The notes: generated by a model not told the origin, from the sequence alone. Numbered from the whole stretch's first letter, positions 12,590 through 25,321 are shown. The stretch is 63,844 bases of DNA, filler included, from Stramenopiles sp. TOSAG23-6 (GCA_900128565.1; 9 parts of 9 records of this genome joined end to end with filler, not necessarily neighbours in it); one strand, 5' to 3'. Numbers and translations: made by a program.

Positions 12590-12954
12590 TTTGGTTTAAG
12601 TAAAGTTTCAAGTGAATTGAAATAGAAAATATATTCAGATTCAAAGGTTTGTGTTTTACTTTTTTTTTTCTGACATGTGCGAAGAGACCAATGTTACGAA
12701 ACACAATAAATAATCGAGACCCAGATTTCGTGGGTGATAAAAAACACCCGGATTTCGTGGGTTCGATGTCAATCATTGATGTCAAAAATTTGTTTTTGAT
12801 GGCTTTTTGATGTTCGAAAATTCGAATTCTCTCTTTCTTTCTCTTTACGCTCTCTTTCCGCTCTCTTCTTCTTCTCTTGCTCCTTCATTTATTTCCTAGC
12901 TAGTATTAATTTTACGTGTTTGGTCCCTTCCTCACTCATTCAAAATACCTAACA

Positions 12955-14870
12955 ATGACACTTGAAATGCAAGAGATGTCACCAAAGAATACACCACTTG
13001 TAGATGCGTGTCTTAAACAGGGAAAGATAACACCTGAACAACTCTGTGTACTTCGTGCTGCGTTTGATAAAATCGATGTAGATAAAAGTGGTGACTTATC
13101 CGTCGAAGAAGTGTCAGAAGTTCTAAAAGCACTTCATATATATCAAGGAGATGAACTTCGTAAAGCCACTAAATTCATTAAACAAATTGATGTTGATACA
13201 GATGGGCATATTACCTTTGATGAATTCTGTCGAGCTTTAACGGCGTATGATGCGAAAGACACAAATAACTCGATGCTTGCTCGAGTAGTTGTGGCTAGTG
13301 CACCTAATCTTGCAAAGGATTTTTATCGTATGCAAGCTATTGTGGAAGAGGATATTGATGTCTGGTCAAAGTCATCATGTTTTGGTCTCAAGTGGACTCG
13401 AATGGATACTTGTACATTTTCATCGTGAATTTCAATTTTTTATTTTTTGTATGAAGATTTTGTACCTAACAAAAACTCAAACGACAAATATTTGTGTACA
13501 ATACATATCATTGGTGGGTCAAATCGTACTATGCTGACTGGGCATGGTGTGCAATGTATCTCATGTATGGTTTCATCATTCATTCATTCATTTAAAAAAA
13601 AAAAATTAACAAATTTAAAAAAAAACAATCTATATATACGACTTTTTGTACTTAACGAATTTCAATTTTTTTTGTTGAAATATTTTTCAAAATTAAATTA
13701 TTGGTGCAATTATGCATTTTACTGTAAAACCATACGTACGTGTTGGTCCTCTTGGTAATGCTTCATTGGAAAGTGATCCAACAACAACAAGTGGAACAAT
13801 GAATTCATTTGCTATTGATAAACCACATCGAAAAGATGTATCTTAAAACCCTAACCCTAAGAAGTACTTTTTTTTTTTTTTTTTCGTAGTTAATTTTGTA
13901 CCTAACACATTAAAAAAATGAAATATTTTCTATACTATATACTGTGACTGTACCATTATTGATGGGTGGTACCTTAGTTGTTCCACCTATTTGCGTCATT
14001 ATTCTTCAACAATATATTTTTTTATTATTTCATTTTTTTTTTTCTAAAAAATCTAAAAAAAAATTACTATAAAAATTTCGTACCTAACGAAAAAAAATCA
14101 AAAAATTTCAAATATTGTCCTACAATACATTTTTTTTACGGTCTTTACACGATATGCACCATTTTGCATTAGCACTTGCTACATCATTTGCTATGGCATT
14201 TTGTATTCTTGAAGGTATTAAATTAAGCGCAGGTCGATTGCGTCCAGATTATTTAGCACGTATTCAACAATATGGTAATGGAGTGGATGATCTTGATATC
14301 AAAGATGTTTTGGAAGCACATGTATTTTTTTATTTTTTCAATTTTTTATTTAAAAAAAAAAAAATTTTGAAATTTTGAAATTTTGAAATTTTTTTTTTTG
14401 GTACGAAATTGTATACCTAAATATATATATTTTTTTCATATAAAATTGTGTACCTAACACTTATACTCTTTTGTACCATATTGTCCAAACACACAGTTAA
14501 GTTTTCCATCGGGACATTCTGCATTGTCCGCTTTGGGTGGTACTTTATTTTCGTTATATTGTGCTGGTAAAACAGGTATGTTCCAGAGTGGAGGTGGACA
14601 GGCTTGGAAAGTGTTTTTGTTTCTTATTCCACAATTTGCTGCTTGGGGAACTGCGTACATTTTCATAATTTCATTTTTTTTTTTAAATTTTCATACGAAA
14701 TTTTGTACCTAAGAAAAAACGATTTTTTTTTCTGGTTGATATTTAGTTGCTATCTTTTATTAGTATGATATACCTAACAAATTCAAAATATGATATACTA
14801 TAGTGCTTTGCATTGTCAGTCGAACTCGTGATTATCGTCATAACTTTTCTGATGTTGTTGCTGGTTATTT
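12955..14870 (+). CDS. EF-hand pair fused to PAP2/lipid phosphate phosphatase (3'-partial); introns 13412-13506, 13565-13698, 13838-13940, 14014-14130, 14322-14496, 14655-14813
   Basis: DVDKSGDLSVEE and DVDTDGHITFDEF EF-hands; the spliced product gives SYYADW, KLSAGRLRPDY, LSFPSGHS, SRTRDYRHNFSDVVAG (PAP2 C1-C3). Confidence 0.85.
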
Positions 14871-14934
14871 GTATGTCTTTTTTATTATTATTTTCAAAAA
14901 AAAAAAAAAGATTTTCGTATGAAATTTCATACCT

Positions 14935-14972
<38 letters not shown>

Positions 14973-14980
14973 TTTAAAAC

Positions 14981-15024
<44 letters not shown>

Positions 15025-15079
15025 CATTTTCTTTATGATTGTTTCCCCTACATTTTTTTTAATACGAATTGTTGTACCT

Positions 15080-15118
15080 AAACAAGAATAAACAAGAATA
15101 AACAAGAATAAACAAGAA
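15080..15118 (+). repeat. 10-bp tandem repeat (AAACAAGAAT) x~4 inside an intron
   Basis: Directly visible; mirrored at ~8415-8453. Confidence 0.85.
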
Positions 15119-15168
15119 AAAGATGTCTAACAAAACAATGAAATTTGAAATATATTTTGACATTGTAT

Positions 15169-15572
15169 GGCGAACATTTTGAAGATTTTCAACCATTCGA
15201 AGCGAGAGGTTTTGTAAGTCGTTTACTTGGCATGGGTGATATAAAAGGCCTCATGGAAACAATGAAAGATTCAAAAATTATGGAGAATGCTCCGGAAATG
15301 ATGGATCGCTTATCTAAAGGAAAATTCAGCCTTCGGGATGTATGTTTTATTTTTTTCAATTTCGAATTTATTTATTTTTTACTATGAAAATTTCGTACCT
15401 GACGAATTTTTTTTTATTAAAAAAAATATTTTTTCACAACACATATGAGAGATCAATTTGAAGGTGTATTGAATCTTGGTCCTCTTAATCAATTTATGTC
15501 AATGATACCCGGTCTACCAGCAGGAGCCATTCCAGAAGGTGGAGAAGGTGCGAATCGGATCCGACGATTTAT
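15169..15572 (+). CDS. SRP54: Signal recognition particle 54 kDa subunit, internal exons; intron 15340-15444
   Basis: GEHFEDF.PF...FVSRLLGMGDIKGL...GKFSLRD|MRDQF..VLNLGPLNQFMSMIPG. Confidence 0.92.
15340..15444 (+). mobile_element. Introner-like GT-AT intron in SRP54
   Basis: CGG GAT|gtatgtttt...cacaacacat|ATG AGA restores conserved FSLRDM; there is no AG in the intron 3' region. Confidence 0.85.
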
Positions 15573-15814
15573 GTACTTTTTCATTATGAATTTCAAATTT
15601 TTTTTTTTTAGNTTTCGTACNGAAATTTTGTACCTAACAAATTTCGAATTTANNNNNNNNNNNNNNNNNNNNNNNNNNNNNNNNNNNNNNNNNNNNTTAA
15701 TTAATTAANNNNNNNNNNNNNNNNNNNNNNNNNNNNNNNNNNNNNNNNNNNNTTGTTAGGTACAAAATTTCGTACGAAAAATAAATTCGAAATTGAAAAA
15801 AAAATAAAACGTAC

Positions 15815-16918
15815 GTGTCTTGATCTTGAGAAACTTGATCACTGTTTCTGCTTGTCCTGCCATCCACACCAATATGATAAAAAAGTGAATTACATCTTGT
15901 CGACTCTTCATTATCACATGTGTCTTTATCTTTTCTCAATTGAATTTCTCCAAGACAAAAATTTGCAATACCAACTCTGAACGCAAAATTTGCCTCTGTG
16001 TACTTTGCACTGAAAGGGAAACCATCTTTATTATTTAATTCACCATGCATGTTTTTTGGAAAAATATTTCAAAAAAAAAAACCTAAATTTGTTAGGTACA
16101 AAATTACGTACGAAAAAACAATTCGATTTTTTTGTAAAAAAAAAAATAAAACATACATTCTTCCAACACTGCTAAGTCTTTCACGATCATACAATGAAGC
16201 ACCATTAGTATATGAACCCCAAACTACACCTTTTTGAATATTTATACACCTATGTCTCACTTTCATATTTAACTTTTCATATTTTTTCCAAGGTTTTCGT
16301 ATAATTTTTTCTGACCATTCTTTGTAATCTTCTCTTAAAATTATCCCAACTAATTGAGTATCTATTTTTAGTATATTAATTGCACTTTGAATTGGATTTT
16401 TTGCAGCAATTGTAGCTCTTTTATCATCAAAGAAATTAGGTTGCATAACCCAATCATTTTCTAATGTTAAAATGTATGGGGCAGAGCAAAGTATTTTGGA
16501 AAAATATTTCAAACAAAAAATCGTTAGGTACAAAATTTCGTATGAAAAATAAATTCGAAATTGAAAAAAAAATAAAACGTACAAGATCAAAGAATAGAGT
16601 ATTCATTCCATAAGCTAAACCATAATTTGAAGAGAGAAGAATACGCTTTTCAATTTGAAATTCTTGTACAATGGATAGTAACTCATCTACATCTTCACTT
16701 CCATTGTCAACCCAAACGATTTCATAGGGAACGTCATCACCATGATTCTCAAAAAGTTCAATAGCTGAAGTTAAAGTTTTTCGTAAAAGATCTAACCTAT
16801 TCCATGAGAGCAAAGTCACACATACTGTTGGTTGTAGCTGTGGAAAGTCTTTCCGTATTATATGTTTGTATGAGCTCACAACTTGTAATGCTACAAACAA
16901 AAAAAACAATCTCATCAT
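15815..16918 (-). CDS. Secreted/Golgi GT2-like glycosyltransferase (3'-partial)
   Basis: Signal peptide; LLSWNRLDLLRKTL, EIVWVDNGS, N.GLAYGMN, PYILTLENDW. Confidence 0.75.
16489..16582 (-). mobile_element. Introner-like GT-TT intron
   Basis: GAT CTT|gtacg...ccaaaatacTT|TGC TCT; the acceptor TT copies the last exon dinucleotide. Confidence 0.75.
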
Positions 16919-17201
16919 TTTGAATATAGGATATTCAAGAATCATAATCCTATCCTATAATTAGAATTTCGTATTTCGTTCTTCCGTTGCCCAGTGGGTT
17001 TGACAATGTCGTATTTTTCTGTCAATTAAAATTCTTCTTAGATTTAGTTACCGGGTAATCATTGGAGTTCGAGTTCTCGGTCAAAGTTTGTCACACAATA
17101 ATTGCTAAATACTCCGCGTAAGGATAATTATATATTATATGCACATGTGTTCTATACAACATGTTGAGGTTTGTACGTTCATCTAGTATATAATACACCG
17201 A

Positions 17202-18656
17202 ATGAGCGCTTCATGGTTTTCATCTTTACCAATTCTTTCGCGAAAGCATCAGTCTCTATCAAAGTATTCCAAGCAAAATGACACATTTCAACTCCCGTGT
17301 AAATGTTTATCTACAGCTTTGAAACCTTTGGTTTATGTATCCAAATGTCACGATGATAATATATCTTTATTGCGAGATGCTGTTCGCGTTGACTTTACAG
17401 ACAAGTACATTGGTTGTATTTTGGCTCGTGCATCTCTTAGAAGAACTGAAACTATTAATAAGAACTCAACTATTGTTGCGCAGGTTGGTACTAATTGTCA
17501 AAAGAACTTAGTAACCTGCCTTCATAGTACCAGGCGACCATTCTTTATCAAGAAAATACTGGATAACGGGGCGATCCATCGTTTGGGTAATATACATGTT
17601 GGTGATGTGCTCATATCAATCGCTGGAAAGCACTGTGCAACAATGTCAACTAGCTGTGTCCGGCGCCTCATCAAAGAAGCTCCACGGCCCTTAACTATTT
17701 GGTTCCAAAGGGGGGGTTGCAAATTTCAGACAATAAAAGACAATGATATAGATAATGAAACTAGTCCTCTATTGATGGATCACTCATCCATACAAGTGCA
17801 TACACCATCGATAAATGAAAAAAAAACAGAAATTGAAAAATCCACAAAAAGTCAAAAAAAAACAAAAATCTCTTTATCATTGAAAAAAGCGAAGGCCCAC
17901 ATTGAAGCTCTATGTCAATCAAATTTATTACCCAATGATCTTATTATTTCTTTACAAAATGTGTCTAAAAATTTGAACATTGAGTCTGAAAACTGTACTA
18001 TAGAAATGAAAACAATTCCAAAAATAAAGACAAAAAAAAATGTGCAGGTGAGTCTTACAACAGAGGCTACTCAGCAAATTCGAAATTCGTTAGGTACGAA
18101 ATTAGGTACGAAAAAAATTAGTTTAATTTCAAATTTGCCAAGTACTACTACTCCGATTGTAACAACACAAAATAAATTGTGTGATATAAAAAAATATACC
18201 CAACAAAATGTAAAGAGCAATATAGATATGGATGAAAATAAGGAAAATAATTTTTGTCCATTTGAAGTAATGCGTAACTATCTTCAAAATAACCCTAACC
18301 CTAATGGACCTACCCCTAACCCTAGTAATACAACTCAAAACTCATTTATATTGAGTGACGCATTGTTACCTTTTACCTCGGAAATATATACATATCTGCA
18401 CAATGCTGGTGCTAAGTTAAACATGGACAAATTGAATAAAAATGGTAAAAGGAAAATGAATCAAAATAATAGAAATAATAAAAATAAAAGAAGAAAAAAA
18501 AAGACAAGTAAAAACACGAAATGTAACAAAAAAAAGTCAACAGAAAAAAAATCATTAATAAAAGAAAAACGCATGCGAGAAGCTGCTAATGTGGCCGAAG
18601 AGCAAAGAAAATTGCGCGTAGTTTCCAATGGAAAAAAATATATTCGGAATCAATAA
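17202..18656 (+). CDS. PDZ-domain protein with basic low-complexity C-terminus
   Basis: FIKKILDNGAIHRLGNIHVGDVLISIAG...VRRLIKEAPRPLTIWFQR (PDZ). Confidence 0.7.
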   Translation: MSASWFSSLPILSRKHQSLSKYSKQNDTFQLPCKCLSTALKPLVYVSKCHDDNISLLRDAVRVDFTDKYIGCILARASLRRTETINKNSTIVAQVGTNCQKNLVTCLHSTRRPFFIKKILDNGAIHRLGNIHVGDVLISIAGKHCATMSTSCVRRLIKEAPRPLTIWFQRGGCKFQTIKDNDIDNETSPLLMDHSSIQVHTPSINEKKTEIEKSTKSQKKTKISLSLKKAKAHIEALCQSNLLPNDLIISLQNVSKNLNIESENCTIEMKTIPKIKTKKNVQVSLTTEATQQIRNSLGTKLGTKKISLISNLPSTTTPIVTTQNKLCDIKKYTQQNVKSNIDMDENKENNFCPFEVMRNYLQNNPNPNGPTPNPSNTTQNSFILSDALLPFTSEIYTYLHNAGAKLNMDKLNKNGKRKMNQNNRNNKNKRRKKKTSKNTKCNKKKSTEKKSLIKEKRMREAANVAEEQRKLRVVSNGKKYIRNQ

Positions 18657-18904
18657 AATAAAATGTTGAATCGTATACAAACTCAAAACACGAAATCTTT
18701 CTACGACTTTGTCACAGATTAAAGTCCACGAAATCCTCTCATTTTTACTTTTGTAACGGTTTCGTGTTGTTGTTGACTTACCTTCCTTGTCAAAGATCTA
18801 AATTAGATTGGAAGATATACCTTTTGTCTTAAATCTTGATGTATAATAATAACTGTATTTTCCTTTAAAGTCATTAATAGGCGGCTGTGGTACTAATAGA
18901 AACA

Positions 18905-21900
18905 ATGAGTCGCCCAATATCAAATCTCACTCGGCCAGATACTCACTTAAGCCGTCAACGTTCACACCATCATAAAACCGAACTCACATTGGCTTTGGAG
19001 AAAGGCGATGATGTCAAGGTCGCAAGTCTACTGAAAGCGAACCCAGAACTAATAAACGAACAAGATGATCACTCTTCTACCCCCCTATTTCATTGTGTAT
19101 GGGGTAAAACAAAGGGGATGCATTTGAATAGTGGTTACTTCAAGTGTATACACTTGCTGTTACAAAATGGCGCGGACTTAGCCCACACAAATGTGAGAAA
19201 GAATACTGCACTACACACGATATTTGAAAGGGATCATCATGATGTCATGGAATGGATGATTGAAGAGCTACCAAAGCTTCCATATGGTCCAAACGACATG
19301 GAAGCTTTACTCAGTATGAAAAATCTTGAGGGTAAGACGCCACGAAATCTCACTTCATTGCACAAATACAAGCATCATGTCCGACATAGACACAAACCAA
19401 AAAAAGGTGAACTTTCACAAGCTTGTAAATCTGGCGATTATCAGAGAGTAGAAAATTTAATTTCAAAAGGATCGAATGTGAATGAAGAAGATGCAAATGG
19501 TTCAACTCCTTTGTTTCACTGTGCATGTACGCTTTCATTATGAATTTCTAATTTTTTTTTTGTACGAAATTGTGTACCTAATGATTTTTTTGTGTTTACT
19601 AAAAAAAAAATATTTTTCCAAAACACATGGGGGGCTAAGCAAGGTTTAGATTGTTCCAGCGATCATTTTAAATGTATGGCTATACTGCTAGAGAATGATG
19701 CTGATCCACGTCATCAAAATAAGAGGAATCATACGTGTGTGCATACAATATTTGAGAGAAATCACTCGGAAATAATTAATTATTTTCTTGGTATTGAAGG
19801 CGTTTTTGAGACACTTCGTTGGTGTAATAAAGATGGGAAAACTCCACCTCAATTAACATCAATCGAAAAATATAAAGTAATTCGTAAGATGACGAAATTC
19901 CAAATTGCAACTGTCCATTTAGAAGAGACAATGCATCATTCTAAACACACTGACTCGATTGATAAATTAGAATTTGCCCTCTCTGAATGTGTGAAAGCTG
20001 GTGTTCCCAATACACACGTTGCGGTGGTATTGGCATCCAAAAGAATGATTCAATTACAAGAAACAAATCTTATTCATCATATAGATCATACACATAGCGA
20101 AAGTGCATTACCAGGATTAATAAAACACTTAGCAAATGCATTGAAACATGGAGTGCAAGATTGCACAAAACATCAACTAGATCATGTAGGTTTTTTCATT
20201 TCAATTTCAATTTTTATTTTTATTTTTCTTTCTTTATTTTTTCGTACGAAATTTTGTACCTAACGATTTTTTTTTGAAAATATTTTTCACAATACATATG
20301 AAACATAAAGAACACTTAAGACATGAAAGAGCTGTACGACACCAAGGAATAGCCAAAGAAGATTGGAGTACAGAGGAAGAAGAATCGGAATCTGAGTCTG
20401 ATGAAGAAGATACTGAGGAGGATAGGATATATCGACTCAAGCATGTACGTTTTTTTTACTACAAAATGTTTTACCTAAATTTTTTTACTATGAAAATTTC
20501 GTACCTACCGAATGTTTTGACTAAAAATATATTTTTCACAAAACATAATCTTATGAAACCAGGATGGGCTGTAGCTACGGCTAAGGCTCGAATAGCTAAA
20601 TATGATCAGCACAAGTCAGAGAGATTGGCATGTCTAGAAAGGGTACGAAAATTAACAAATGATGCAAAAGGCCATGGTGACATTGCTGAATTAGAAAAGT
20701 GCTTACATGAAGCAGTTGGTCATGGGGTAATTGGAACAGATTCTATTATCATTAAAACAAAGGAGAAAATTAAATATTTACATGAAATATGGCTTGTGAA
20801 AGTGACAAAACAATCCAAAACAGAAGCTGATATTGATGGTTTAGAGCATGCTACAGATGAAGCAAGACATGCAGGATTAACTGAAAAAGATAAAGTTATC
20901 AAAAATGCGCGTAAAAAAATGATTGAAATTGCCGGGATTGAAATGGTAAAGAAAAAGATTGAAGAGAACTTAGTAGAGGTTTGTCGCAATGCGAAAGGCG
21001 ATGCGGATATAAATCATCTCCGTCATCTTATTCGGGATGCAAAGAAAGTTCATAAAATAAAGAAAACTTCGTCAGCAATGACTGAAGCGAAAGCGACACT
21101 TCGCGAACTTGAAGCCGATTGGCTACATCGTGCTAAAGTAGCAACGATACAACTACAAGCTAATTATAGAGGTAAGCGAGTTCGAGAAGAATATTTGAAA
21201 CGGTTGGAAGAATTACATCAAATCAAAACTAGAAAACACCAACAAAGTTCTTCATGGTGGCAAAGTGTGATGATTGCAAAAGCACGAACATTTGCGAAAC
21301 GAAAGTCTGGGGCTGAAGCTATTCAAAGAAAACTTCGTTCAACACGCAATTATATAAATGCAAAAAAGCAAACTGAAGCTGCACTAATAACTCAGTCTCA
21401 TTTTCGAGGACATCAACAACGTTCAAAGTTTTTAACAAAACGGGAAAAAGCTATTATAATCCAAAAAACTGAACGAGGGCGAGTTGGTCGCAAAACCTTT
21501 GAATATCGTAAGGCACAAAAAACACAAAATGGAGTAATGAAATTGGAAAGGCAGCGAAAAGAGAGGGATCGAGACGATCGAATGCGAAAATTGCAAGATG
21601 AAAGAGATGTAATTGAGTCAGAGAAAGCAAAGAAAGCATTACAGTTAGTTGTTTCTAAAGCCACAAGCATTGCTCATGAAGCTTTTGAGTTTACAAAAAC
21701 AGTTATTCTTAAATTAGAAAGCCTAGATGCTGCTGCATTACAAGCGATAGCAGAAAGAAGGAAGCAAAACATTATCGAACAAAAACGTCGGGATCGGCGA
21801 CAAAAAGCAGCACTAGCCGCAGCTAATGCTGCATCAGCGGCAATAGCCTGTACACCATCTATATACTCTTGTGTGCGTGATGCAGTGAACACCGTCGATC

Positions 21901-23024
21901 GATTGGTTGTTCTTCGAACTAATCTAGCAAGAGCTATAAAAAATGCAGCATTTGTGGCAAATAGAGCTGCTTCTGCAGCTGAATATTATGAAGCGATGTG
22001 TGAGAAGACTATGGATTCTTTGGCTGAATCAGCTGAAGATATAGATAAAACAAAGTTGCCTATTATCACAGGTAAAAAACGAAGATGTCCAAACTGTCAA
22101 AAGATGAACTCTGCAAAAAGTGATGCTTGCTGGCATTGTAATTATGTTTTAAATTCCAAAATAGCTTCACTGTCAATGAAGAAATTTTCAAGAAGGCCAG
22201 TGGAAGCCAAACACTACATCCATTTACCTAAAGCTCATAAATTGCCGAAGTTATACGATCCTGATGGATCTTATTCTGGCAGTATTAGACCGAAGATCGT
22301 GCAAGCTGATCATCACCATGAATTTATACCTTATTTAATACCATCTGAAAAAAAACCTTCTGGAGGTCGTGAGTTTCATAAACTATCCAAAAAACATGAT
22401 GGACATATCACTATAACAGAGACTGAGGAAGCAAGTGGACTTCATCATATAAAATTAGCCAAGCATTATTCTAAACTACAAAACGATGAAACCATCAAAT
22501 CTCCTTCATGGAAGCATCAACCTGGAGATAATGAAGAGCACATCACCATCGCATTTGGCAGTGTTCCAGTGAGCACCAGGCAACAATATGCACAGCGTAA
22601 ACAAAGTAAACTAAATAGTAGTATACAAGCGGATATGACTGACAAAATATCCGCTAATTCCGAAATAAATAATCAAGATAAAAACAAAAAAATATTTAGT
22701 GAAGTTCCGGAGTCGACAAATGGAAAGACAACTGTAGCCGCAGCGAAAATTAGGCACAAAAATGTTAGTGAACACAAAAATCGAGCAATGGCGAGGAATA
22801 AAAGTAAAATAAAGACTACAAATCATGAGAATATGAATATTAATGTAAATCACGAATCATTTACAAAAGCCCTTTTGGAGCACGTTTGTCTGATTTGTGT
22901 CGCTAAACGAAAAGATGTAAAACTTCAGCCTTGTGGACACATTTGTTTGTGCTCTGCATGCGCTGAAGCTTCAACAACGTGTCCAATTTGCAAAACGTTT
23001 ATTCAAGGAAGAGATAGTTTATGA
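18905..23024 (+). CDS. Ankyrin-repeat / IQ-motif / coiled-coil / RING-finger protein; introns 19527-19628, 20186-20297, 20445-20546
   Basis: Duplicated ankyrin blocks (STPLFHCVWG / STPLFHCA|WG), IQ motifs (LQANYRG, TQSHFRG), CPNC..CWHC zinc ribbon, C-terminal CLIC..PCGH.CLC..C..CPIC RING. Confidence 0.85.
19527..19628 (+). mobile_element. Introner-like GT-AT intron
   Basis: GCA T|gtacg...aaaacacat|GG GGG restores FHCAWG, matching the intronless paralogous repeat FHCVWG in the same protein. Confidence 0.85.
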
Positions 23025-23679
23025 ATGTAATAAAATTTTGAATATAATGAAATTTTTATTCAAGGAAGAGACAGTTTATGAATAATTCTTTTTCTGTAAC
23101 CATTTATTCACATATAAATTAGGATATAACAATTAATCTTGATATTCATTAAACGAATCACAAGACCATAGTTCACAGACAAAGTCCTGCATCTACATCT
23201 TATTTGTTCAGTATCATATAAAAATATAACCTAAAAAAATAATTAGTCATTCTTTTTAGCAGCAAATATCGATTTTTAGGACAGAAACTCAGCATCTATT
23301 ATGCCATATAAGTCTTTTACTACCACAACAACCCTTACTGTATTTTCTTTTCCTCTTCCTCCTCCAGCCCTAAAGGATTAAAATCCAGGTTGGAGTTCTT
23401 CAATTGTAATTCCAGGTTCAGGTTCAGGTTCAATTACAATTTCAGGTTCAGGTTCAGGTTCAGGTTCAGGTTGAATTTTAACATCTTTGAGACGATTTTC
23501 CNNNNNNNNNNNNNNNNNNNNNNNNNNNNNNNNNNNNNNNNNNNNTTAATTAATTAANNNNNNNNNNNNNNNNNNNNNNNNNNNNNNNNNNNNNNNNNNN
23601 NAAAAAAAAAAACGTTAGGTACGAAATTTCAAACCAAAAAAAAAAAAAAAAAATTAAATTAGAAATTCATATAAAACAA

Positions 23680-25321
23680 ACAAGCTCTTTGAGATCATCT
23701 GCAGCATTTGTATTTTCTGGAAACACAGTCAAAAGACATTCTTCCGCAGTTTTGTTCCATCCACTATTTGCGTGATCACCACTACTAGGGTTAGGGTTTC
23801 CATATGTTTTAAGAATTCCATTTCGAATAGTTGCCAACTGTTCCATCACAAACTTTGATGTAATTTGTGAAGCATCAGGTGCCTTCATTATAGTTAACTC
23901 ATCCAAAAATCTTTGGACTTCACAAAGAACAGGTATCTGATCCACAAGAACTTCATTAATGTATTTTCGAATGCGTCTGTTTTGTGAAAAAAAAAAAAAT
24001 TACAAAAAAAAAATCATTAGGTACAAAATTTCGTATGAAAAACCAAAAAAAAAAAAATTACAAAAAAAATATATTTTGTTTAGGTACAAAATTTCGTATG
24101 AAAAAACAAAAATAAATAAATCATGATACAAAAAAAGAAACGTACAAAATTGTGTCTTTTCTGTGGCCTGAAAATTGATATCGTTTCCGACACTCACCTT
24201 CACACATTTATTTTGGAAAAATATTTCAAAAAAAAATCTAAAAAAATTTGTTAGGTACAAAATTTACTATAAAAAAAAATTTCGATTTTTTTGTAAAAAA
24301 AAAATAATAAAACATACATAATATTATACATTATTAACCAACACTGCGCTTCATGTTTTGTTAGTTTCAATAAATTTCCTGGTTCAACTGTCGTCCATGT
24401 ATTACGTATGTATTTCTCCCAAGTGCCTTCAGGAGTTCTCCGAGTCCATGTATTGTGAAACAATATTTATTTTTTTTTTTACCAAAAAAAAAAAAAAAAA
24501 ATCGTTAGGTACGAAATTTCGTACGAAAAAAAAATAAATTCCAAATTCAAAAAAAATGTAAAAAAATAAAACATACATGGTGGATTTTCAATGAGTGGCA
24601 CGATACAAATCATGACATCGTGAGTGTCTAAAATCCTTGTCATTACAGCTAATGGTAATTTTGTAACATGCTCTGTCATGTATCTAAGTACTGTAATAGC
24701 AGACACAGCAGATCGGAAATTAATCTCACTCACTTGTCGCTCTAAGTCCTCGAGTGCTGTTCTGGCATTCATTTCTTTTACAATTTGACTTGCATCTTTT
24801 TTGGGTTCTTTTTCAGGAGGTTTTGTACACACCAAATGAAGCGTCTTCCGTACACAGTAATCCACTAGCTCAATAATGAGGTCTCCTGCAGCTTCGGCGA
24901 CGTAATCGTGATACATGATGACTTCAAGTAAATTAACCAAAGCTGCTTCGTGGTAACGAATGAAATATGTTCGAAGTGAGCCTCCATTTCTTTGTGAAGC
25001 ACGAAGTTTAATTATTGGATATAGATATTGACCCCATGCCTCGACAACAAGCAGTTCATGGATTAAGAGACCTATTTTATCGTGTGTTACAAGTGATTCA
25101 AGTACAAAGTTCTCTGAGTTTGAAACAACACAGTGATGAGCTTGCAGATTAAGTTGTTGAATTTGTTGGTGTTGTTTAATCCACGGAACTGTACCTACTT
25201 CAGGTAACGCAAACCTCTGCAAGTTTTCTATTATACGTTCTGCTTCTGCTGCAGACAAAACCGCACATCCTGCTTGAACATCATTATTATCCGTGTTGGA
25301 GATATTTAATAAATTATTCAT
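23680..25321 (-). CDS. ZMYND10: ZMYND10/BLU dynein-arm assembly factor (3'-partial); introns 24448-24576, 24206-24317, 23977-24145
   Basis: QLNLQAH, LIHELLVVEAW, YHEAALVNLLEV..YH, LVDYC.RK, ENPP|WTRR, EAQCWL, LRIRKYINEVLVDQIPVL. Confidence 0.9.
24448..24576 (-). mobile_element. Introner-like GT-AT intron in ZMYND10
   Basis: CCA T|gtatg...cacaatacat|GG ACT CGG restores conserved ENPPWTRR. Confidence 0.88.

Larger units (their letters stand above)
7881..15652. repeat. Whole-contig inverted duplication (fold-back), axis 11766/11767
   Basis: Every ORF is mirrored (coordinates sum to 23533), including ambiguous n bases; the axis is an A-run/T-run. Confidence 0.95.

Noticed and set aside
14871-15168. 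Apparent PAP2-SRP54 fusion or trans-splicing through one long intron
   Set aside because: The PAP2 3' end and SRP54 5' part are both missing and the join runs through homopolymer-rich repeat copies, so misassembly via the repeat is more likely
7881-15652. 7.8-kb perfect palindrome as a biological structure (hairpin chromosome or amplification)
   Set aside because: The arms are identical down to n bases, the axis truncates ETFB inside an A/T-run intron, and this matches MDA fold-back or assembly artefacts
19525-19626. Interpretation as U12-type AT-AC introns
   Set aside because: The AT repeat makes the register ambiguous here, but other copies would then begin with TT, TA, GC or AC, BCKDHB conserved residues would be lost, and the ATATCCTT/TCCTTAAC signatures are absent
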